Shown: in pieces, positions 54,230 through 64,000 of the stretch
How the letters are laid out: the number at the start of each line of letters is the position of its first letter
Position numbering within the stretch: position 1 is the first letter of the stretch
Assembly (NCBI RefSeq): GCF_001194135.2
Contig: NC_068995.1
Coordinates: forward strand, 43,964,243-44,028,242
Source: Octopus bimaculoides
Taxonomy: Eukaryota
Reading direction: 5' to 3'
DNA: 64,000 nucleotides
The notes under the pieces: model-generated
The model's input: only the letters and a program-made list of their open reading frames with translations
Told to the model about the DNA's origin: nothing
Database searches by the model: none
Program-made: the position numbers and the translations under genes

Positions 54230-54705
54230 CCGTAGTTATTCTCTTACTTTTTGGATTTTGATGAGATATTCATACCAGTATGGCAGCTGACCTATATGAT
54301 TATTACATATTTTTTCTTGTCTGTCCCAAACAACAATATCAGGTCTGTTATATTTACACTTCATAGGTATGATGGAAACCTTCCACCAATATTCCGTGTG
54401 TTGGTGTTTATGTATGCATTCAATAACTATAGTATTCTCTGTGATTGTTCCAGAACTCTCTTTCCTTCGCATTGTTTTAGCACATAGGGTGGCAGTTCTT
54501 TTCATGGCAGCTTCTAATTACAAGTGTGTTGTCGTCCGCAGAAATGTGACATAATCTACAGTTTTGGTTCCATCATCGGCTTCACTGTCTGTTTTGTTTA
54601 TTAGGAATTTTGTAGCAAATTCCTGTTCTTGAACTACAAATACATAACTTTCGAAGTGTGATATAATGTAGCGCTCACAAGCCCAAGAGATGCTGCGCTT
54701 CATGT
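54230..54705 (-). mobile_element. Dong/R4-clade LINE fragment: zinc-knuckle region and restriction-like endonuclease (RLE)
   Basis: HFESYVFVVQEQEFATKFLINK and WKVSIIPMKCKYNRPDIVVWDRQEKIC (RLE PD motif), with frameshifts. Confidence 0.8.
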
Positions 54706-54721
54706 CAATATTACTGCTTTC

Positions 54722-54836
54722 TTGAATTCCGCCGAGGTCGACTTTGCCTTTCATCTTTTCGTGTACTGGGTCGATTTAATCGACTGGCCTCCTCCCTAAA
54801 AATTTCAGGCCTTGTGCCTAGAGTAGGAAAGAATAT
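54722..54836 (+). mobile_element. SINE family E 3' half
   Basis: AATTCCGCCGAGGTCGACTTTGCCTTTCATC...CTGGGTCGATTTAATCGACT...AAATTTCAGGCCTTGTGCC. Confidence 0.85.
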
Positions 54837-54889
54837 TACTGCTTTCTTCAAGTCTTCGGGTAACACTCATTTGATAGTCTTTTTCTGTT

Positions 54890-55100
54890 CTTAGGGTTTT
54901 GTAAGCTGAGCATCAGGAGTCTGGCTTCGATAAAACGGGAGATGTGTTTCATCGTCCTCGTCAAACCAGTCTTGATTCTTCCTCTGGGCAAATCCGATCG
55001 TCGCCTCGGCGGCGGCAGTCATGTCTTCACGAAGGCTGGTCCAAAGATCCTCAATTTTGCTTTTCACTGTCAGCGCTTAAGAACCAATGCTGGTCTCTTT
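54890..55100 (-). mobile_element. RTE-clade LINE ORF2 fragment (EN-RT linker)
   Basis: IEDLWTSLREDMTAAAEATIGFAQRKNQDWFDEDD carries the RTE-typical G...RK.QDWFDEND motif. Confidence 0.75.
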
Positions 55101-55984
55101 ACAATTAATGCACATTATCGAGCTCTTACACTTTTATCTGTCGAATGTATTATTTTGAGAGAGGAAAGAATGATATCTGTAGATTCAAAAGGCAGTTATA
55201 ATATAAAGAAAATTACGAAATTTTCATAAAATATTGTTAAACATCGAAATAACGAGGGAAAAAAATGAAAAATGACACCCTAAAGCACACAATTATGCAA
55301 TTGGATATGTTTTTTACAAAATAATTGATTTAATTCTTTTTGGAAAAGAGAGATTACGGAAGAAGCTACACAAAAATAAATGACCCTAAAAAAATAAAGA
55401 TTAGATTTACATCTAAAAACTGAGAATTTTCATATATTAGGATAAATTTTTAAATCGTTTGTAATCATTGCGCTAATTAACGAGGAGCACTAGCTGGCCT
55501 TGTCCCAAAGTTAGAAACCAAAGCATAAGGTAGATAAATGGTCTCTAATTTAGGAACAAAGCAATTTTGAAGGGACAAGCAGGATTATAACAGCGACTCT
55601 AGTACTAGACTTTATTATATGGACCATTGTAGTACGAAAGCTAAAGCTGATATCGGCAGTGTTTGAAGTCAGAACACAAAACGGCCGGAAGAAATACTAC
55701 AAGGCATTTCCCTCTAACATTCTATCTGCGAGCAGCATTCTATCACACGACTAAAGAATAATTTATTGCATTATATAATAGACCTATCTGTTTATCACTT
55801 GTGTGGGTCTGTCACAGATAACAGCCCGAAGCACATTTTGATCCCCACCTAAAATTTCATTTTCTTCTTATTTGTTTCTACATTCGTTTAAAGTGTTTCA
55901 AATGTGTCTGTTTGTCTCTGCTAGATATTTAGTCTGTCTGGTTCCTGGCATATCAGAGCAAGTTAGATAGAAAGATAGATAGAT

Positions 55985-56048
<64 letters not shown>

Positions 56049-56069
56049 TTACATATATATATATATATT

Positions 56070-56109
<40 letters not shown>

Positions 56110-57381
56110 GCTGCATATATATATGTGTGTACACTCATGAACGGGTGTATATCTGTCTGTCTGTCTGTCTGTCTGTTGGTCTGTCTGTCTATCTGTATGT
56201 GTGTGTGTGTATGTGCGTCTAACATAGCGCGATGTACAATGTTTACAAGAAATAACTCTCTGAATCAAATAATATCGAACTAAAAGATACGTTTTCCAGT
56301 CTAAAATAATATTGATCATTATAAAAATCGATTTCGCAGAGAAAATGGAAATATTCTTAGTAACTATTCTGAACAATGTATCTCACGCGTATTGGAGGCG
56401 GGGGCGCGTATTGTAGAGAATGAATGATTTTTATGGGGCGGGGGAGAACATTTTATATCCTGAAGGTATTATACTAAAAATTTATAGAGCGATCAGTCGA
56501 GCATTTCTTGTCGAGGGGGAGACATTGCATTTTATCTTTTCAGCTCAATAAAAGAAGAATCGATCAATTACAAAGTTTTATTTAATCGATTAAGCATTCT
56601 TCAAAACATTTCTGACTTGGTAACCATGCTAGAAATTATTATTATCAAAGAACAGGATCCAATTATTGTGTTAGGTATGGAATAATTATTTCTTTCTCGG
56701 AAAAAAAATGACGTGGCTAAAACAAACAGGAAAGGTATGCAAATGAATGATTCGCCCTCCATTACTGATGTATGTTTTAGCAATTTCAATAAGAAAAAAT
56801 TACAAATTTTGCTCTAGCAGAATGTGAACCCTGATATCATTAGTAACTTGTAAATCGAAGGTTATGTTCTTATTAATTAATCAATAACAATACCAAGCTC
56901 TGTACATTGACTAAGTCTATGCAAAACTTGAAATCCTCACAAATGATCAAATATTTTTTAATTGTCGCAGATAGAATCAAAGGATGGAAGAGAAACCAAG
57001 ATCTTTGAAAGATAAAGCTACATTCTGTGAAACATCAAAGAAAGATATTAACTTTCTTAAACTATCTCATACTCTTCTGATATATTAATAAAGCTCTCTC
57101 AATTCAGTTTCTTTGTCCTTCTTTTTCAGAATTGCAACATGTATATGTGGAGATAGGTGTCTAAGGTCAATTAAATTAGATGAGAAATGGAGAAATATAG
57201 GTATTTATTATGTGTGTGTGTGTGTGAAGAGAGAGAGAGTGAGGAGAGAAGAAAGACAGAGAGAGAGGAAGAGCTTGATTTGTGATAAAGATGCGTGCAT
57301 ATACATATAAATATATATAATTGTATATTATAATAAATAAATATATCATAAATATATATACGTATTTATATAATATACATC

Positions 57382-57605
57382 GGAGACCCGCTTCGGTCAC
57401 GAATGACCATGGGATTGCTCCTAGAAGGTTACCGTTCCAGCCACAAGTCCGGGCAAGGTTGTTTATGGAAGACCAGCAGTCGCCCAAGCTTACCAGCCTC
57501 CCCTCTCCACGCCACTGATGTTATCCAAGGGAAAGGCTAAAGCCGATACAGCTTGGCACCAGTGACGTCGCAACTCATTTCTACAGCTGAGTGAACTGGA
57601 GCAAC
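57382..57605 (-). mobile_element. SINE family D, 5'-truncated
   Basis: Reverse-complement match to 51183-51407. Confidence 0.9.
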
Positions 57606-57789
57606 AGACATATACATAAATATTAATTTATATATGTATATACATACATATATATCATATATGTTCACAAAGGTAGGTTGTTGCAACAGGCTGCAACTTT
57701 TTTGACTGCCTCCTCATGCCAGAAGGAAACATTTCTGTCGTAACAAGGAACACGGTTTTTATACAATTTTACTTATGTCTAATGTGTCC

Positions 57790-57857
57790 TTATTCCCCCC
57801 CAAGAGTTTCATTTTTACCCCAGTTGGGGAAATTTACCCCTGTTCGCCGACCCCTGT
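57790..57857 (+). mobile_element. Probable hAT/Charlie 3' terminus
   Basis: TTTTACCCCAGTTGGGGAAATTTACCCCCTGTTCGCCGACCCCTG resembles Charlie-type right ends. Confidence 0.45.
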
Positions 57858-58849
57858 TATGAATACATAATCGTCACTGTCCTGAGAACTATCTATACCG
57901 ACCATAGCCGCAAACCCCGACTTCATTCTTTAACAAACAGGCATACTAAACCAAATGTTGTAACGAATAAGAATCTCCGATTGTGTCATTATTAGTTACA
58001 AGATGAATGGGACATTTAAAAAACATTACAGCTGGAAATGCCAATATTGATACTAAAAACGCAACTCATCTAAGACTTTCTTATTCATTTCATCTATATG
58101 TAAAGGAAATAAATATATTAAAATTTTCATGTTTCTTTAGTTTACATCTAATTCTTAAAGTATTTACTTTTTTTTGTGTGTGTGTGTGTTAAATAAGTTT
58201 GAAATATCCTGTGACAGCCAAAATGGTATTCTTCAAATTTCTAAAGACTTTTCTTTCGTTATTCTATATGAAGATATCGTCTTAACATCTCTATCTTGTC
58301 TTTTTTATTCTCCCTCTTCACTCCTCCTGACACCCTTCTCCCTCTTCACTCCCTCTGACACTCACTTTCTCCCTTTCTCTCTCTCCTCGTCTTTCGCTCT
58401 TCCTCTCTCCTCCTATGGCCTCTCTCCACCTTCCCTGGTTGTAATAATGCCGTCATATCACCGAATGACTGATTACCTAAGTGTTATCAATGAATCCTCA
58501 GGAAATCTCTGAAATGTATTGATTAATTTGTCATACCATGAAGTATCTCGGTGATATATCTTACACAACCATACTCTAACTTATCGCGTAACTCACTGCT
58601 GTATTGGGTCCTCTCTTTCTATCTTCTGCCACTGCGACAATACTTTCAATAGTTTACCTACCATTTCAACTCACCACTCCTATGCCATCCCACATAATGA
58701 AAAAAGAGTGAGGTACACCACTCCCCTTTTCGAATCGAACCGCTCCACGACACAAGGCACATAACCTCTTCAAGGCACCGCCGTTCAAAAATGTGCAAAT
58801 AATTATAAAAATAGTGGCAATGATAATATAATGATAATAATGATTTTAA

Positions 58850-59080
58850 ATGTTGATACAGGGCCAGCAATTTCGGGGAAGAGGTAAGTCGATGACAGCG
58901 ACCCCAGTACTCCGGCAGCTATTCTATCAACCTGAAAAGGATGAAAAACAAAGTCGAATCGGTGCCTACCGGACTCAAAACACGAAAACGGATGAAATAT
59001 CGCTAAAGATTTCTTCCGGTGTGCTAACAATTCTGCCAGCTCACCGCCTACTTAATAATGATAATTATTATTATTATCAA

Positions 59081-59141
<61 letters not shown>

Positions 59142-59371
59142 ATCATCATCATTATTATTATTTCAAATTGCTGCCACAAGTGCAGCTTGGGGGAGGGGAT
59201 TAAGTCAATTACATCTACCCCAGTGCGTAACTGGTACTAATTTAATCGACCCCGAAACGATGAAAGGCAAAGTCAACCTCGGCGGAATTTGTACTCAGAT
59301 TGTAAGGAGGGACAAAATGCCGTTAAGCATTTCGCTGTGCATGTGCTGACGACTCTGCCAGCTCGCCGCCT
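58850..59371 (-). mobile_element. Two tandem SINE family E copies (58850-59052, 59160-59371) separated by (TAT)n
   Basis: Both begin GGCGG(C/T)GAGCTGGCAGA on the minus strand just after ATTATTAA-type sequence. Confidence 0.9.
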
Positions 59372-59383
59372 TAATAATAATGA

Positions 59384-59488
59384 GAAGAAGAAGAAGAAGA
59401 AGAAGAAGAAGAAGAAGAAGAAGAAGAAGAAGAAGAAGAAGAAGAAGAAGAAGAAGAAGAAGAAGAAGAAGAAGAAGAAGAAGAAGAA
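59384..59488. repeat. (GAA)35 trinucleotide tract
   Basis: Uninterrupted GAA units. Confidence 0.95.
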
Positions 59489-60275
59489 CTAAAACTGTAC
59501 GCTACAAATGACAAACAGCTGGAAACATTACTACAGACAGTATATGATTATACCAAAGAAATAAACATGAAATTTGGCTTAGAGAAATGTGCCAAAGCAA
59601 CCTTGAAAAGAGGAAATCTAGTTAAGTGTAGCAACATCACACTAGATAAAGCAATGAAATAAGAGAATTGGAACAAAGCCAGACATATAAATACTTAGGA
59701 ATCAATGAACTAGATACAGCATACATAAATGAAAGAGAAGAATGAATACTATAGACGAGTTAGATTAATACTGAAAACAGAGCTCAATGCGAAAAGCAAG
59801 ATAATAGGTATCAACACTCTAACTGTCTCTGTTATAAGTTACAGTTATAATATCCTTAATTGGATATTAAATGAACTACTCAAAATAGACAGGAAAACAA
59901 GAAAAATAGTGACAGGATTTAGGATGCACCACCCAAAATCTGACATAGAAAGGTTATATACAAAACGTATAGAAGGTGGTAGAGGCCTTATACAGCTAGA
60001 AAACTATTACAAATTAACCACCATAGGACTACAAAAATACCTACTTCAGAAGCAAGGTAAACTAATACAAATAGCTACAAAACATGAACAAAACAAAAAA
60101 TCTGCTTTCAGTTTTTAAGGAAGCTGACAAATGCAAAAAAGAAGTCATGCTACCTAACAACTATGAAGAAAAAGAAGAAACAACAAAAGCTGTAAAGCAA
60201 CTGAAATCCAAACTAAATTGGAACAGCAACGGCTCATGATAAAACGATGAGAAGAAAATCCCCTTCATGGCAAAT
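59489..60275 (+). mobile_element. Dong/R4-clade LINE fragment 1 (RT C-terminal half and thumb), degraded
   Basis: LKLYATNDKQLETLLQTV...MKFGLEKCAK...TYKYLGI...YYRRVRLILKTELNAKSKI...DRKTRK...HHPKSDIERLY.KR.EGGRGLIQLE, ending at ..PLHGK. Confidence 0.9.
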
Positions 60276-61352
60276 TGGAGGACGGACCTGACAGCATACG
60301 GAAGAAGTTTAGAGACAGTCGAAATTAGGAGGGGCATCTTCCAAGGGGTCTGCCTGTCCACAGTGATCTTTGTACTGTGCTTGATACCACTAACACTGAT
60401 TCTGAGGAAAGCAAAAGCTGGGTCTGTATTAAAAAACCGCCAACAAAAAGTCAACCATTTGTTATTCATGGATGACCTCAAACTTTATGGTAAAGATGAA
60501 GCCCAAGTCAGTTCTCTCGTTGATATGGTGTATACTTTCAGTGCTGATATCAGAACGGAATTTGGACTGAGAAAGTGTGGTGTGTTAGTCTTGAAGAGAG
60601 GCAAAATCAAATGTATGGACGGGCTAACGATACCGTCGGGGGAGGTTATGAAGCAAATAGAAGAGACGGGTTATAAGAACTTGGGGATTTTTGAAATGGA
60701 TAAATTAATGGAGAAAGAAATGGCAGAAAAATTTAAGGTGTAGTACTTGCGCAGACTGAGGCTAATCCTAAAGTCGTAACTACATGGACGGAATAAGATC
60801 GAAACTATCAACACCTGAGCGGTTTCACTGCTTAGATATGGAGCAGAGGTACTCACATGGACAGTTGACGAACTAAACAGGTTAGACAGAAAGACAAGGA
60901 AGTTGCTAACTAGATATGGGTCACTCCACCCAAAAAGTGACACAGACAGACTGTATGTACCAAGAAAAAGATTGTGTAGAGGACTTATTGGATACGAACA
61001 CAGCATCAGAGCAGCAGAAAACAACATAGCATGGTATGTAAAAAAATTCCACAGAACCGCTATTACTAGAAGGTCAGGCTTGTGTAGGATGAAAGTTTGC
61101 GAAGATAAAGCACTATACAAGAAATTGAAAGCGAATGAAACTGAAAATAGGTGAGTAAAGAAAAGAATGCATGGTCAATTTCAAAGGGATGTTGAAGATA
61201 AGACAGACAGAGAAAAAAGATAGCTGTGGATGGCTAAAAGTGGTTTAAAACCGGAAACGGAGGCTCTAATCTGTGCTGCCCAAGATTAAGCACTAAGAAC
61301 AAACTACGTAAAATACAGAATAGACAACACAGGAGAAAGTAATAAGTGCAGA
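60267..61352 (+). mobile_element. Dong/R4-clade LINE fragment 2 (RT core and thumb to start of zinc knuckle), degraded
   Basis: IRRGIFQGVCLSTVIF...VNHLLFMDDLKLYGK...EFGLRKCG...HPKSDTDRLYVPRK...MHGQF...KPETEALICAAQD*ALRTNY...KCR. In-frame stops; a distinct subfamily from fragment 1. Confidence 0.92.
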
Positions 61353-61354
61353 AA

Positions 61355-61475
61355 CTCAAACATTAGTACATTCAATCATCAACCTCTCAAACATTAATAT
61401 ATTTAATCATCAATCACTCAAACATTAGTCTATTCAATCGTCAATCACTCAAACATTAGTCTATTCAATCAGAAA
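61355..61475. repeat. 31-bp minisatellite, about four units
   Basis: Unit CTCAAACATTAGTCTATTCAATC(A/G)TCAATCA. Confidence 0.85.
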
Positions 61476-63522
61476 CATTAAATTTCAACCACTTATACTG
61501 TCATGTTAGTTTGTTACAAACATTGAATAAAGAATATTTGCTTTTAAGAATTGCAAAATCTTCTAAGTCGATGCTTTACAATAATAACAACCCTAACAGA
61601 AAGCTATCCAATTACAACAGCCCTTACTGAAACCTTTCGAGCTGTTTCTTGTTTCTTTGTAGTTTGTGAGTCCTATATATCTGGATGCGTATTTATCTTT
61701 GAGCGTATCAATCATATCCAGCCACTTATTCATCCTCCTTGATATTAGCACACGTTTAGCATCAATAGATGAAGAAAGTGGTTGATATATGATGAGACAT
61801 CTCCTTGAGAAAAATTCCGAATCTTTGTTTGAATTACTTCTCGTAAACGTTAAACAGTCCATTCTGATGAGAAAAGATACTTGACTTAATAGTTCCCGTT
61901 ACCAGCTGAAGAAAACTGGCATAGTTTAAACCTTCCAGTCGTTTAAGGTTATTCTTTCAAATAGTTGACGAGAACAGTCGACCACACAAAACATAAGTGC
62001 ACGAAACCTTTGGGTATTTGTTTTAAACATTTATTTGCAATACATACATCTATGTATGAATTTCTGTGTTTGTGCGTTTGCATGTGTTGAATGCGGAGGT
62101 TTCTTTTAAGAAAGATTAAAACTGATTTGTCAAGAAAATTGCATTGTTGATTCTATCGATTTAACCCAATATTACCCCCTTTTCCTGTGGGAAATTTAGC
62201 TTCGATAGGGAATAATATTCATTTATCATTTTCGATTGGGCTGAAAAGCAGAAACGATATAAAAAAATACATAATCAAAAACAATTAAAACTTAGTTATA
62301 TAATGCATTTAAAATTCTACTTTCATTTAACCTTAAGCGTCGTTTTGTTAGCTTTTCAATGGATTATGATAGGACAATAACCAAAAAGTTTCATTGTGAA
62401 GTTACTTTCTTCCATTCAGAAAAACTAAAAATAATTAAGAGCTTCCATTCTGAGAGATAAACTTAAATGTTTTCAGGTTAATTTTTTAAGACAGATGCTT
62501 TGTTATATTCAAACAAAACATAAATGCTTGACTCGGTTTTCAAAATACATCTGCAATCAAGTCTAGAAAGAAAACAGACAATGAGGATTTTCGGCGTTTA
62601 ACTAAAGAGCTGAAAATTAATGCAGGCATGAAATATGAATTAATAATTCAAAACTGAAGTGTTTCCGTGTATGTACGCATGTGGAAATGTGTGTCCGTTT
62701 TGTAAAGAGGGTTTCTTTTATTTAGTTTCTATTTATTAGTTTAACAATTTGAATCCGTGCTCTCTATAGAACTTAATTAAGTGTCGAAATTCATTCATTT
62801 TAAAATATGGGAAACCTCTTAGAATAAACGTGAGTCAAGAAGAGGGTCCCATTTTTCCATTTATAATCTATTGAATACAAATGAAGTGTGCCATGTTCTT
62901 CAAAATCAATTCAAGGAACTATGAAATGAATCCTTTGTGGTTGATCACCATGCTGGCAGCAACAGCTACATTTCCCATAAATAACAGTCAAAATTCCCCT
63001 AACAACCGAACAGAACCCATACGAGCCAATTCCTTGACGTATTAAGCTGTCGTTGATGCCAAAGGTGGAACAACTCCGTGTTAGATGATAAAACTTTCAT
63101 TTAATAAGTAGTTACCACTAGTTCGCCCAACCCCTATATGTTTATATAAATTTCAGCTGGGGTCAAGTTCAAAGAAACTATGGCCAACCGCTAAGATAAA
63201 GAACTCAAAAATAAATCTATAAATAAGAAGTTAGTCCATAATCGTTAGTCCAACAAAATATATTTTGTTTCACCAGTAACTCTTTGGGAAATAAAGAACA
63301 ATATTGAAGGACATTAAAGACAAGGGGTACTTTTCTCTGATGTTCACACATCAAAGTTTGAATCGATCTGTTAGGTTATAGAGGTGGAGATATATATATT
63401 GAGTATAGAGGTGGAGATATATATGTATGTATGTTTGTATGTACTACGTATGTATATGTGTGTGTATGTGTGTACCCACACTTTGTTACATCCGGTGTGT
63501 CACGCNNNNNNNNNNNNNNNNN

Positions 63523-63565
<43 letters not shown>

Positions 63566-63644
63566 AGTATAGAGGTGGAGATATATATGTATGTATGTTT
63601 GTATGTACTACGTATGTATATGTGTGTGTATGTGTGTACCCACA

Positions 63645-63805
63645 CTTTGTTACATCCGGTGTGTCACGCTGAATCTCTTTGAGAGTTACGTTAAGGGTAC
63701 ACATGTCTGTGGAGTGCTCAGCCACTTGCACGTTAATTTCACGAGCAGCTTGATCCGTTGGTTGTATCAACTGGAACACTAGTCGTCCTAACCGACGGAG
63801 TGCCA
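63645..63805 (+). mobile_element. SINE family C 3' half
   Basis: GTCACGCTGAAT...GTGGAGTGCTCAGCCACTTGCACGTTAATTTCACGAGCAG...ACCGACGGAGTGCCA matches 37015-37163. Confidence 0.9.
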
Positions 63806-64000
63806 GGCCTTATATACTGCGTGTAATACTGCGAAATTCTGTTCGTGTACTCTTACATATATATCTAGCACGTTCACCATCACAGTCCAGTTATAATTGT
63901 CTCCTAAATTAATATTTTTAATTTAATAACTTGTTATATTTCATATATTTTATTTGTCATTTGAAACTGAGAATCTTTACGACTTTCTTGATAATTTCAT

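Larger units (their letters stand above)
673..63522. other. Multiple assembly gaps (N runs), most flanked by (TA)n, (TG)n, (GA)n, (GATA)n or trinucleotide microsatellites
   Basis: N blocks e.g. 673-1112, 14712-15278, 32316-32831; the span is only the envelope of the gaps. Confidence 0.95.

Noticed and set aside
61355-61475. 31-bp repeat as a CRISPR array
   Set aside because: Units are contiguous with no unique spacers, in eukaryotic DNA.
63378-63668. Exact ~115-bp duplication on both sides of the short gap at 63506-63522
   Set aside because: Identical copies flanking an N run are most likely an unmerged contig overlap.
619-63782. Most supplied ORFs (poly-YI, CV, HT, LSIY, poly-K/M/I/D, X-rich)
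   Set aside because: They are translations of microsatellites and N gaps, with no protein-like complexity.

Overview
Eukaryotic, AT-rich DNA, dense in microsatellites and broken by many N gaps. The repeat content (several tRNA-derived SINE families, Dong/R4, RTE and CR1 LINE remnants, Penelope-like pieces, mariner and hAT relics) resembles a coleoid cephalopod, most likely Octopus; this is recognition of repeat style, not a database result. I cannot support an intact host protein-coding gene. Nearly all supplied ORFs are microsatellite or gap artefacts, and the remaining protein-like ORFs are degraded transposon fragments, so the window is probably intronic or intergenic. The main discovery is at 26577-27222: two ~172-bp direct repeats, 464 bp apart, each folding into a type I hammerhead ribozyme with a palindromic stem III and flanking a hairpin-rich non-coding spacer. 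This is a retrozyme-like or non-autonomous Penelope-like architecture. Each copy carries a different core substitution, and their consensus is a complete hammerhead. Two further hammerhead-like motif families occur at 19752/51545 and 25024. Other points of interest are a microhomology-joined chimera of two Dong/R4 LINEs, head-to-tail SINE arrays tied to (TAA)n/(ATT)n tracts, a SINE with an internal microsatellite, and SINEs with swapped tails. All alignments and folds were done by eye, and boundaries of degenerate elements are approximate.
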